Position numbers and translations under genes: made by a program. A stretch of 63,868 nucleotides of DNA, the filler included, from Octopus bimaculoides (taxonomy: Eukaryota): the NCBI RefSeq assembly GCF_001194135.2. It is 7 parts of 7 records of this genome, joined end to end, with 100 filler letters (N's around TTAATTAATTAA, not from the genome) between each part and the next. Parts side by side here need not be neighbours in the genome. Positions count along the whole stretch, not along the records: positions 28,762 to 53,782 come from NC_069008.1; 6 more parts are not named here. One strand, written 5' to 3'. The notes under the pieces were generated by a model, which was given only the letters and a program-made list of their open reading frames with translations, searched no databases and was not told the DNA's origin. Below are positions 41,169 through 52,687 of the stretch, piece by piece (position 1 is the stretch's first letter; the number at the start of each line of letters is the position of its first letter).

Positions 41169-44100
41169 CAGTGTTTCTCAACCTAATTCTGACTGTGGCC
41201 CCCTTTAATTCAACACGAAATTGTTATGGCCCCCATGCTAATTTAAGTTTTTATCCCCACTCTGTCCCTCAATGCATCTAGAGAAGTAGAAAGAAACATT
41301 AAAAGTTGTAGTTTGGCATCAAACATCCACCCCACTTGTAAATAAAAAAAATAGTTGAATTAATATTTCATTTAAATAAATTTATTTACAATTACAAAGC
41401 AAAAAAATAGAACAATTTCAGTTTATATTGCTTGATTTCAATGGGATCTCTGTGACTGATGCAGAGTTATCAACTTGTCAGTGTTTGGTTTCAAAGCCAT
41501 CAGTGAGAGGTGTAAATCTCCTCGTCTTCTTTCTACATCAAGGCGATTTCGAGTCTTTCACAGCAGACACATCACCCGACTGAAACCTGACTCAACTAAA
41601 TAAGATATGGTAAAAACGAGTAAAAGCAACTTAACATTTTTAGAGATCTCTTCATTCATCCACAGCTTCTGGTATCCTCCATACTTGAACTTTGCTTTCT
41701 TGTATGTCAATATTGACTTCAGATGGATCAACAACAAAGGAATCCACAAACCACTGTGGCACCATTATTTATCAGAGAAGCAAATTTCCATATCATTATG
41801 TAACTGCTTCAAATGATCAACATAAGCTGTTAGGTCATCATCAAGCAGCTCAGTGGATATGCTTGCTAAGGAAGGAAACTGTGCAAATTCCCATCTTCCA
41901 AGATTCAATCAGAATAACTCTGGTTTCCTGTTGAAGGTTTCAATTTTCTGTTTGCAAGAAAACAGAGTGGAGTTATTTCCTTGAAGTTCTTTGTTAAGGA
42001 CATTTAGCTTTTCAAGTGTGTCAGACAAGTAAAAAAAATCACTCTTTCCATCAACAAGTTTCTCTCCAAGTTCTGTTTCACTCAAAATAGAGATAATAGC
42101 ATCCCCAAGTGCAACAAAGTGATGCAGGCGATTACCCTTGCATAGCCATCTGACTTCAGTATGCAACACAAATCGTTCAAATTCCTCATTGTTATTTTCA
42201 CATAATTGCTTAAAGAGGCGATCTTGCAGTGCATTCTTTTTCATCAAGTTGACAGCTTTGATAACATTTATAAGTGCATCATTCAAACGTCCTGCTATGT
42301 GTTTGGCAACCAGACTCTGTCAATGAAGAACACAGTGCACACAAAGCACATTAGGAACAGCTTTTTTTAAGTAAGCACTGACTCCCCAATATCTTCCGAT
42401 CATAGCAGCAGTGCCATCTGTTGCACAAGCCACAATGTTCATCAATGGAATGTTGTTCTCTTCAAAATAGGCCTCAAGGGGATTCCCCTTTTGTGTCGGT
42501 CATTAATTACAAAGCAAACAGCAATTCTTGACATATATCATTAACATTAAGAAACCTAACAAATGCCATTAAAAAGCAGAATTATCAGGTTGAGTTGATT
42601 CATCTATTTGAAGTGAGAACTCATTTACCCTAAGTTTTGAAACTAATTGGCTTTCAACATCAGCAGCCATTTCATCAATCCAGCATGATACTGATGAGTT
42701 GCTCAGAGGAATAACTCTAGTAACCTCTTGTGGACTCTGATCCATGACTGCAAGCACGATCAAAGATTCACCAATGGTTTGAGGCTTACCAGCTCTTGCA
42801 ATTAAATTTGCTATCTTGTAATAAGCCAACTGTCCTTTATCTACTTTTGCTGCTTTTTGAGTGAACATTTGATCCACTGTCATCCTTCCTTGAAACTCAT
42901 AACCTTTTGAAGAAATCTAGTGGCTTATCTCTTTGTGCAGTCTCCAGATGTTTTTTTTTTTGTTTGCAGGGACGTACACTTTCATTTGAGAACAGAGTAT
43001 TGCATAGCAGACACATAGGCATGGTAGAATTTTGAGGAGATTTAATGAATCCATAAGCAAGATATTCGACAGAATATTGTCTATACATTTTTTTTTAAGA
43101 TGCACTTGCCATGTTTATCTGAAGAAATAAACAAATATTTTCAAAAAAGTTGAATAAACAAGAGGTTAGTTTCAAGCATTTTCGTCAGGAGTGAATACAG
43201 AGTAAGGTAAACCAATATACCTTTTTAGCCAAGAATAAAATTAGATCTAAAACCAAGTTTATAAAGTTAATACATTACACAGTTAACTAATTCAAAGGCT
43301 ATAATTATCAGGAAAAACAGATTCATATTTATATTTATAAAAAGATAAAAATAACAAGACATAAATTCATCATTCCCTTTCCAGTTGACAATCCAGAAAG
43401 AAAATTAATTTGATGAAAAGAAACTAAATTATAAAAGTGATAGCTAAAGCAAGTGAGCTGGTAAACTCATGGAGAAAATAGGGCTGATTTATTGTTGAAT
43501 CAAACTTGAATTGTCGAAAAGAGTTTAAGTATATTGAAAATGTATTTTCTTTTTTAAAGAAAAATGATTTTATAATATATTTTGTTATATTCTATTAAAC
43601 ATAGTTCAATATTAAATTTTACTCTAATTAAATTAAGAATATAAATTAAGTATATAATTGACCAATTATTGAATTATTAAATTGATTAAGGATTTAATAG
43701 TTGTATAAAAGTGCATATAAGAATGATTTTATCTAGTTTTCTAATTCCCTGTCTCCTGGATGTCCAATGTCAGTGTGCACATACAATAGAGTGTAAGTGT
43801 CGTAAGAGAAAATTGGGTATAAGAGGCATCAGAAGACTGTGCCTGTATGATCATATGATGTGTATGGATGAGGACATCTGCTCAGAGAAGTGCTTATCTC
43901 TAACTATGGAGGGAATCTGTGGAAGAAGTAGACCCAGGAAGACATGGGACAAGGTAGTAAAATATGATTCCTCATCTCAGTTTGAATACTTCTCAAAGCC
44001 TTTCTTAATTATAGGTTTTTTGAAAATAAATCCTATACTCGTTTGTGAAGAAACAGTTTTCCTGATGGCTTGGGTTCAGTTTAAATGATTGATGGATTGA

Positions 44101-44831
44101 CCTTTTTGCCCTTGCCTCTGATTCTATGGACCTAGATGGAATATTTATGATAATTAAAGTAACTTATAAAAACTTAGGTAAAATGAAGTAAAAAGAAGTA
44201 GATACTTGCACACTAATGATGCAGAAAAATATAATTAAACAAGAAAGTACGGAATCAAGAGCAGAAGTAGGATGAGATAAGCAGAGAGAGAGAGAGAAAG
44301 AAGTGATGCAATTTGACAAAGCAAAAAAGAAAAATGAAAATGAATCTTAAAGAGACTTGTGCGGATGTTAACCAGTTAGCATGAACATTGTTGATTGGAT
44401 GGATTTTCCATGTCGTCAATAATGTTGAAGTGGAGTTTTGATTAATAACTATGACTTTACCTTCTGCGCTGTCCATTATGTATGTATGTTTCGCAGCTTT
44501 AAAATTTTGGAGCAATTTGGTATGATGCAATGATATTTAGCTGTTCATCTTACGAACCAGACATAAAATACTCAAAATCTAATACTCTAACATGTGTTCT
44601 TTAACTACATATATGAGTGTAATAGAAAATTAGTACATAACGATGACCCAACATAATTAAAAATACATATACATGTTTCTTACATGTATATGTGTAAAAA
44701 TACATACCTACATGCTAATATTTTATGATACCCAGATTTTTTGTGGCCTCTGTAACCCCCTGTGGCTCCTTATTTTTTAGAACTTAGCTTTGTGGGCCCC
44801 TAGGAGGCCATATTCTCCCGTTGAGAAACTT
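41169..44831 (-). mobile_element. hAT Buster-group (ZBED5/ZBED8/SCAND3-like) DNA transposon, near full length, transposase disrupted
   Basis: TIRs are CAGTGTTTCTCAAC (41169) and GTTGAGAAAC (44820). The 8-bp TSD is GTCTAGAC/GTCTACAC. The transposase at about 43120-41450 gives RQYSVEYLAYGF..PMCLLC (BED finger), FSLQIDEST, TDGTAAMIG, HCVLH*QSL and LHTEVRWLCKG, with frameshifts. Confidence 0.9.
43750..43970 (+). mobile_element. RTE LINE fragment nested inside the Buster element
   Basis: RKLGIRGIRRLCLYDHMMCMDED...EGICGRSRPRKTWDKVVKYD. Near-identical to the minus-strand copy at 45424-45690. Confidence 0.8.
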
Positions 44832-45169
44832 GTCTACACAATCAAAATTGGTCAATTGCCAAATGAAACGAAGTCATCTCTGATGACCCTTTTTCCCACT
44901 TTAGGGCAAATTTATGCTTGGAGACAACCCAATGAAGCCTTCAACCCTGAGTGTTTGACCCTTGCTGTGAAACATGGAAGTGACTCTGTGATGGTTTGAG
45001 CAGCTATTTCATTTGAATTCTCTTGGCCCTTTAGTTGATCTATATGGCAAAATTAATGCCAAGGATTATCTGAGTATTTTGACTGATCATGTTCATCCTA
45101 TGATATAAACATTGTTCCCTGATGTTAATGCAAACTTTCTGAACAACAATGCACCAATTCACACAGCTA

Positions 45170-45690
45170 ATCATCATCATCATTTTATGCCCATTTTCCA
45201 TGCTGGCATGGGTTAGATGGTTTGTCAAGAACTGGTGAGCTGTAGAGCTGCACCAAGCTCCAGTTGTCTGTTTTAGATTGGTTTCTATGGCTGGATGCCC
45301 TTCCTAATGCCAACCACTCAACAGAGTGTACTGAGTGCCTTTCACATGGTACTGGCACTGGCCACGAACATGATTTCACTTACCTTGACATATCTTTTCA
45401 AGCACAGTGATTTGTCAAAAGTCTCAGTCACTTATCACATCCATGAGACTCAACAACGAAAGATAATATTTTACCACCTTGTCCCATGTCTTCCTTGGTC
45501 TACTTCTTCTACTAATTCTCTCCATAGTTAGAGATAAGCACTTCTCTGAGCAGCTGTCCTCATCCATACACATCATATGACCATACAGGCACAGTCTTCT
45601 GATGCCTCTTATACCCATTTTTCTCTTAAGACACTTACACTCTATTGTATATGCACACTGGCATTGGACATCCAAGAGAGCATGCTAGCT
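45170..45690 (-). mobile_element. RTE LINE 3' end with (GAT)n tail
   Basis: RKMGIRGIRRLCLYGHMMCMDEDSCSEKCLSLTMERISRRSRPRKTWDKVVKY plus the family UTR. Confidence 0.8.
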
Positions 45691-45711
45691 TCATTTCTTA
45701 CAAACCTTTAC

Positions 45712-46006
45712 TCTTTTACTCTTTTACTTGTTTCAGTCATTTTACTGCGGCCATGCTGGAGCACTGCCTTTAGTCGAGGAAATCGACCCCAGGACTTATT
45801 CTTTGTAAGCCTAGTACTTATTCTATCGGTCTCTTTTTGCCGAACCGCTAAGTTACGGTGACGTAAACACACCAGCATCGGTTGTCAAGCGATGCTGGGG
45901 GGACAAACACAGACACACAAACATACATACATATATATATATAGACATATATACGATGGGCTTCTTTCAGTTTCCGTCTACCAAATCCACTCACAAGTCT
46001 TTGGTC
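45712..46006 (-). mobile_element. Little-diverged SINE (body, microsatellite and partial head; 5' end in a gap)
   Basis: ttactcttttacttgtttcagtcattttactgcggccatgctggagcac...(TA)n...gggcttctttcagtttccgtctaccaaatccactcacaag. Confidence 0.85.
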
Positions 46007-46670
46007 NNNNNNNNNNNNNNNNNNNNNNNNNNNNNNNNNNNNNNNNNNNNNNNNNNNNNNNNNNNNNNNNNNNNNNNNNNNNNNNNNNNNNNNNNNNNNN
46101 NNNNNNNNNNNNNNNNNNNNNNNNNNNNNNNNNNNNNNNNNNNNNNNNNNNNNNNNNNNNNNNNNNNNNNNNNNNNNNNNNNNNNNNNNNNNNNNNNNNN
46201 NNNNNNNNNNNNNNNNNNNNNNNNNNNNNNNNNNNNNNNNNNNNNNNNNNNNNNNNNNNNNNNNNNNNNNNNNNNNNNNNNNNNNNNNNNNNNNNNNNNN
46301 NNACGTCCACAAACTAGCACGCATGCCGCTCCAATTTTAGGAGGACATTCGTCATGACCCTATCTGCATTTTCGTCAACTTTTTCTCTCAGAGGCACCTG
46401 CGTATAGCTGTGAAAATCGATTTTCAACCATAACTTTTAACAATTTTCAAATCGGAGAAAAAGCTAGCATTGTTTACAAACAGGAGTTAAGTCCCCTTCT
46501 AGCGACACGCACGTTTTTAAAACTTTTGTTGGTTTTTTTTCCATCCAGGAAAAAAGTGTTTTGTTGATATACAGGCAACACACACGCACACACATACGAA
46601 CATGTATGTGTACAAAAAATATGTATACAATTGGTGTACATACGTGTATGTGTGTGTGTGTGTGTTGCCC

Positions 46671-46703
<33 letters not shown>

Positions 46704-47005
46704 TATATAGATAGGGTGATAAATTGAATATTAATTCAATTTAAAACCAAGTGGCCTAGCATATAAAAAAATCTGAAAATTCAGAAAAAATTGTATTACA
46801 CGTGTATAAGGGATGACCACTAGGTGGACATCCAATATACTAGAAAGAGGTCACCAACGACCCAACCACAAAGAAAAATAATGTTTTCCAGAAAAATTTC
46901 ACAAAACGCCAGAACAGGACAAAATGAGAAATATACAGAATAAAGAATTATCTATGGACTGCTGCAGTTTCGAACATTAACATTTTACTTATGTAACATC
47001 CGTGT

Positions 47006-47036
<31 letters not shown>

Positions 47037-47039
47037 CTT

Positions 47040-47358
47040 ATGACTTAGTTGTGATCTGAACATAACCGCTTCTGACACAGAGAATCGGGAGCCCTTTTGG
47101 TCATTCTATTTTCCTAGCTGAAAGGGTTCCTAACCCATGGGCAAAGAGGGGTTAGCTGATGGCGGTGGTGTTTTCAAAGGGCTGGCATGTGTTACCTGAT
47201 CACCTCTGCCGATCAAACTCCCAACCCATGCGCTTCAGTTACAACACTGATTCTGCCCAAATTTGACGTCGATGTTACTTAGTTTGGTTTGAAATAAAGA
47301 ACTTTATTAGCTTAATAATCCCAACTTAATCCCAGGCAAAGCCGGGCTATACTGCTAG
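47040..47358 (+). mobile_element. Helitron-like non-autonomous element 3' end
   Basis: A GC-rich subterminal hairpin cccaggcaaagccggg is followed 8 nt later by CTAG (47355-47358), the typical Helitron 3' signature. The 5' boundary is uncertain. Confidence 0.55.
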
Positions 47359-47360
47359 TA

Positions 47361-47504
47361 TATTTATATAAGGGCATTACTATACATAAATGCCTCACGC
47401 TAAGAGGGACTCTAGAAGTCAAAATGTGTTTATTATGGTAGTTTGACTTCTAGAGCCCCTCTTAACATGAGGCATTTATGTATAGTAATGCCCTTATATA
47501 AATA
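47361..47504. repeat. Near-perfect 63-bp inverted repeat (MITE-like hairpin)
   Basis: 47361-47423 pairs with 47442-47504, with 3 transitions and an 18-nt spacer. A TA-flanked core AGGGCATTAC...GTAATGCCCT suggests a Tc1/mariner-type MITE. Confidence 0.85.
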
Positions 47505-47584
47505 AATTAATAAATATATTTATAGGGAACAAACGATGGGTTTTCCCTTATGAGGTCTTTTTCACGCTAACTACTTGATAAATT

Positions 47585-47690
47585 CTCGAAACGTCAAAGA
47601 CTTTCCGTATTCCCGAGCGTCATACTAATATATACTTTTGTTATTTACACCACCTGTCCTCGTCTGTTGTTATTTTTTGTATATTCTCCC

Positions 47691-47695
<5 letters not shown>
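47585..47695 (+). repeat. Partial copy of the Penelope-type terminal repeat (family of 59335-59535 and 63250-63432)
   Basis: ctcGAAACGTCaaagactttcc.tattcccgagcgt...acaccacctgtc.tcgtc. The 5' half of the hammerhead motif is missing. Confidence 0.75.
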
Positions 47696-47730
<35 letters not shown>

Positions 47731-47734
47731 GTTT

Positions 47735-48105
47735 TTTATCTTTTGTTTCAGTCATTGAACCACAACCACACAGGGGCAGCACCATAAAGGGTTTAGTTGA
47801 ACAAATCAACCTCAGTACTTATTCTATCAGCCACCCCCACTTTGTTTTGCTGAACTGCTAAGTTACGGGGATGTAAACAAACTTACACCAGTTGTCAAAC
47901 GATGGCAAAGGAGAAACACAAAAACAGACATGTTCATTTGATGGGCTTCTTTCAATTTCAATTACCATTTCCAGTGACAAAGCTTCAGTCAACCTGGGGT
48001 TATAATAGAAGGCACTTGTCCAAGGTGCAATGCAGAAGGACTGAACTCACAACCATGTGGCTGGGAAGCAAACTTCTTACTACACAGCAATACCAGCACC
48101 TACAT
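47735..48105 (-). mobile_element. Older full-length SINE (head plus body)
   Basis: Diverged match to 45712-46006 and 55578-56075. Confidence 0.75.
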
Positions 48106-48106
48106 A

Positions 48107-50262
48107 CTTAGTTGAGTCGAAAGTTTGTTCAGATTTTCACTGGAGATTTTTGCAAACTTGTTTCTCCATGATACAACTTGTCTAATCGTTGCTGAATTGT
48201 TTATCCATTATTTTCATATATAATGTATAAACATTAATTGGGTGCTACAATGGCATGCAATCTACAAATTAAAGAGCCATTACTTTAGGTTACTTTTTAG
48301 TTTACTCTTTGCCGTGTGATTTATGTCAGCAAATTTACTTTGATGTGTGGTCTACATGCATATTTCAGTTGTTATATTGCTTATTCTTGGTTTCTTCTTA
48401 TTTACTAAAGATTTTTACAATGTGATCAACAATGAGATGAAGGCAGTTGCATTTTTATGAAGAAATGGCCTTTTAGATGAAGAAAATGTTGCACCATGTC
48501 ATTGTTGTTGTGGAGAAATGAAGGAAGCTAGAAGAAAAGTGGAAAACAGTGACATTTTGCCAATTTTATGTTGTAAAATTAGGGTCAAACTTATCAGTCT
48601 ATCAACAATGGCAATGTTTTTTTCTTCCTATTATACTGATTTAAATAACAAAATCTATTACAGTCTTTCTCTGTCAAATTTTAGAATTAATTTTTTATTT
48701 TATTCAAGCTGTCTCTTATGATAAGATGCATCAGTTAACTGGTAAAAGTACAGAATCAATATATGATTGATTCAACAAGTGTGGTGAAATTTGTTCACAA
48801 ATTGTTTCTGTTAACAATCATGGAAAAATGGTAGGAACTGAAGAAGAGCCTGTGCAAATTGATAAAGCTTGGTTTGCAGAATGTTGAAAATAGAACAGAA
48901 GTAGAATGCTGCAAAGAGACCATGTCCTTGATTCAACTGATAACAAAGCTAAAGTAGAAAACAACAGAAACTATGGAAAACACATTAATTGACCCTGGGT
49001 CTTTGGATTGAAGAAAGGTGCAGATTGCCGTTACTTTTATATAGAAAAAAGAAATCGTGAAACACTTGAATCCATAATTCAAAGAGAAGTTTCAGAAAAT
49101 TCAGTTAATCATTACAATGAATGGTCAGCGTACTCCAATCTAGATAGTCATTTCTGCCATTCTACTGTCAACCAGCAGAGACATTATGTTGATCAAAACA
49201 ATGGAACCAGATACTTAAGCAGCTGAAAGAATCTGGTTGGATTTGAAAATTTGGATTTTGAAAAAGATGAGAGGAGTGAACCAAAGAACCTTTTAATCTC
49301 ACCTTGATTACTTCTGTTGGCTACAGATGAAGAAGAGTACTGAAGAGCTTTCTCTTGCATTGATAAAATTATTGATAAAATGCATTGATAAAATTATTCT
49401 AATAATAATAAAACCATGTCTCATTTATGTCTTAGTAAATAATAATAATAAGAAACCAAGAATAAACAATATAACAATTAAAATAAGCACATAAATCACA
49501 CACCAAAGTAAATTTGCTCATGTACTTCATATGCCAAAGTAGCAATAGCACAAAGTAAAGTAAAAAGTAACCTTTAATTTGTAGATCACACACCAAAGTT
49601 GCACCCATTAATTGTTTATTCTTTATTTTACAGTTTTGATAATGAGTGGTGAAAAAATTGCAATTAGAGCCATTTTATGCTTCTTGTGGTAAAAAGGAGT
49701 GAGCGCAAGGGCAGTGGCAAAAGAAATGAATGATGTGGAAGGCCCAGGAACTGTCAATGAACATGTGACACAGTTGGTTCAGACATTTCAAGGTGACACC
49801 AGCCATGCGACCTTCTTTTGTGGAAGATGAGGCCTTGCCTGAAATGGTATAACAACAACCAAGTGCAAACACTCATATATTGCTGTTAGAACTTGGTTCT
49901 TTGCAAAGTGCCACCAACTGACATCTCCATATACTCAGCCTTGAGAACAGAAGTTGTAGAGAAACTCTTCATGAACTGACCAATGACCAGCCTCAACAAC
50001 ACGATCATTTGTTGGAAAATCTTCAAGATGCCTGTTTTTGGCATCAAGTTGTAACTGGGGATGAAAAATGGATCTCTTTTTGTAAATCTAATAAGAGAAT
50101 TCAGTGGCTTCATTCTAGTCAGGATTCAAAACCTGTTGTCAAACAAGTGGGGGTTTGAACAGTAAGGCACGTTGTGTGTTTGGTGGAATTTTGAGGGATT
50201 GTTCTACTTTGATCCTGTCTCAGATGGTCATGCTGTGAACGCTAAACTACATTTGTATTGAG
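48107..50262 (+). mobile_element. mariner transposon relic (5' end 48107-48240, transposase 49642-50262) interrupted by Merlin and truncated by RTE
   Basis: MSGEKIAIRAILCFLW*KGVSARAVAKEMNDVEGPGTVNE, HELTNDQ, HQVVTGDEKWISF and LCVWWNFEG. The putative TIR-like start tacttagttgagtcgaaagttt is less certain. Confidence 0.75.
48241..49606 (+). mobile_element. Merlin (IS1016/IS1595-ISXO2-like) DNA transposon with long TIRs
   Basis: Imperfect TIRs of about 170-190 bp (48241-48410 vs 49432-49606) with GG...CC termini and an 8-bp TSD ATTAATTG (48233-48240, 49607-49614). The transposase relic gives VQIDKAWFA, PWVFGLKKG, RNRETLESIIQREV, EWSAYSNL and HSTVNQQRHYVD. Confidence 0.85.
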
Positions 50263-50284
50263 TCCTGTAATTTATCACTTTTGG

Positions 50285-51930
50285 TGAATCAACAGAAATT
50301 TATGACCTTGCTCTAATTGCTGAGTCACCATCAGAACTAGAGGAAAAAGTTTCAGGTGTGGAAGCAAGGACCTTAAAATCAACCTAGCTAAAACCAAAGA
50401 CTTAATAAGTAGGAAAGCAGACAAACCACAAATCCCTTCAGGTAGATGGCCCTGCTCGATCTGTAGAAAAGGTGTAGGTAGAAACTCTATAAGATGTACC
50501 CAGTGTAAGCTATGGACACATAAGAGATGCAGCAATATCAAAGGAAGGCTAACTGGGAAGATAGTTTTTGTATGTGGCAAATACTCAGGTGCTATAAACA
50601 GAGAACGTGCAGAGGAGAAAAACTAGAAGTAGTTGATAGCTTCTGTTACCTAGGGGACCAAGTCAGTAGCAGGGGTGGATGCTCTGATAGTGTAGCTGCT
50701 AAAATAAGAATAGCCTGGGCAAAGTTCAGAGAGCTTCTACTTCTGCTGGTGACAAAGGAAGGGCCTCTTGCTCAGAGTAAAAGGTAGACTGTATGACGCA
50801 TGTGTGTGAACAGCCATGCTACATGGCAGTGAAATATGGGCCATGACTGCTGAGGACATGCGTAAGCTTGCAAGGAATGAAGTAAGTATGCTCCACTGGA
50901 TGTGTAATGTCAGTGTGCATACACGACAGAATGTAAGCATCCTGAGAGAAAAGTTGGATTTAAGAAGCATCAGATGCGGTGTGCAAGAGAGACGACTGCA
51001 CTGTTATGGTCATGTGCTGCGAATGAATGAGGACAGCTGTATGAAAAAGTGTCACATCCTAGCAGTTGAGGGAACCTGTGGAAGAGATAGACCCAGGAAA
51101 AGCTGGGACAAGGTGGTGAAACACGACCTTCAAAAATTGGGCCTTACTGAGGTAATGCCTAATGACTGGGACCTTTGGAGATATGCTGTGCTTGAGAAGA
51201 CCCGACAAACCAAGTGAGACCAGAGCTCATGGCCTATGCCAGTGGGTGTAACCAGCCCATTTATGAGTACCCCTCATTCATTGGTCAATAAACCTTGCTT
51301 GTGAAGACATTGTGGCAAGTGAAATCAAAATCAAAATTGCTGACGTGGCCAATGACAGTACCACCTGATTGGCACTCGTGCCAGTGGAACGTTAAATGCA
51401 CATCTGGACATGGGGTGTAACCGACCCACTTATGAGTACCCCCTCATTCATTGGACAATGAACTTTGCTTGCTTGTGAAGACCTATTGACGCAAGTGTAA
51501 ACAAATCAAAATCGCTGACATGGCTAATGACAGTACCGCCTGATTGGCACTCATGCCAGTGGAATGTTAAAAGTACATCCGAGTGTGATTGTTGCCAGGG
51601 CCACGGATTGGCTCCCGTGCTGGTGACATGTGAAAAGCACCATTCGAGTGTGATCATTGCCAGCATCGCTTTACTGGCACATGTGAAAACACCTTTTGAG
51701 CATGGTCGTTGCCAGTACTGTCTGACTGGCCCTCGTGCTGGTGGCACATAAAAGCACCCACTACAATCTCAGAATGGTTGGCATTAGGAAGGGCATCCAG
51801 CTGTAGAAACTTTGCCAGATCAAATTGAGCCTGGTGCAGCCTCTGGCTCACAAGTTCTCAGTCAAACCATCCAACCCATGCCAGCATGGAAAGTGGACGT
51901 AAAAGGATGATGATGATGATGATGATGATA
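50285..51930 (+). mobile_element. RTE LINE 3' half, UTR with internal tandem duplication, and (GAT)n tail
   Basis: DLALIAES, WPCSICRKGVGRNSIRCTQCKLWTHKRCS, LEVVDSFCYLGDQV, LLHGSEIW-like and YGHVLRM...GRDRPRKSWD. A ~165-bp direct duplication spans 51244-51405 and 51413-51582. Confidence 0.9.
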
Positions 51931-52375
51931 ATATAACGTGTCTTGAATGGCACAACAATGCAGAGTGGACTATAATAACTGTTATAATAATATTTCGGAA
52001 TATAAAAATTCCTTCTGACATTGCTAGGAATTGATCAATTCCTAGTGATTCCTAGCAGTCACAGTCAGTTGAACTTATGCTACCAGAACCAAAGGATATT
52101 ATCAGGTGTTCTTGCAGGAAAAAGGAAAGTAAACTATGAATGTTAATCTTAATTTTAATTTTTTTTTTTTGATAGTTCTTTTCTCNNNNNNNNNNNNNNN
52201 NNNNNNNNNNNNNNNNNNNNNNNNNNNNNNNNNNNNNNNNNNNNNNNNNNNNNNNNNNNNNNNNNNNNNNNNNNNNNNNNNNNNNNNNNNNNNNNNNNNN
52301 NNNNNNNNNNNNNNNNNNNNNNNNNNNNNNNNNNNNNNNNNNNNNNNNNNNNNNNNNNNNNNNNNNNNNNNNNNN

Positions 52376-52416
<41 letters not shown>

Positions 52417-52551
52417 ATATAGGGTATCTAAGAGATACCGCCACGCTGAAAAATAGCAGTCAAATCTTGACTCTAAACCACAATAAATGTTCATATAGCA
52501 CAAGGAGCGAAGACGAAGACAAAATAAACTAGTAAAAAATAACTGGATAAC

Positions 52552-52607
52552 TTCAGATCCCGGATTTCTGGCTTTGCATAATAAATGCTTTGCCTTCATC
52601 GGTGGAA
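52552..52607 (-). ncRNA. Degenerate type I hammerhead-like motif (AUC site)
   Basis: Minus strand reads UUCCA CCGAUGA AGGC-AAA-GCAU-UUAUU-AUGC-AAA-GCCA GAAA UCC-G-GGA UC UGAA. Element order is correct, with U4C and two helix mismatches. Confidence 0.4.
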
Positions 52608-52687
52608 TATACTCAGAAAAGCACATAAATACAAATATATATATATAAACATACAGTATACTTACATATACGAACGTATACATACAG

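Larger units (their letters stand above)
40968..45170 (+). mobile_element. Tc1-family transposon relic split by a hAT insertion (pieces 40968-41168 and 44832-45170)
   Basis: The left piece gives STETICDEFHKARCHWRAAIIKPLLSPINNDKWVKWCLD. The right piece gives IYAWRQPNEAFNPECLTLAVKHGSDSVMV*AAI and INAKDYLSILTDHVHPMI...FLNNNAPIHTA (QDNAPxHT-like). Confidence 0.8.

Noticed and set aside
30664-42705. Other CTGATGA occurrences (about 19126, 30667, 42698, 44880, 57063)
   Set aside because: None has a paired helix II followed by GAAA. Several lie in RTE, hAT or Tc1 coding relics.
46951-46980. Minus-strand GUUC GAAAC UG-CAG-CA GUC CAUAGA half-hammerhead
   Set aside because: There is no CUGANGA box or 5' helix strands upstream; only half of the motif is present.
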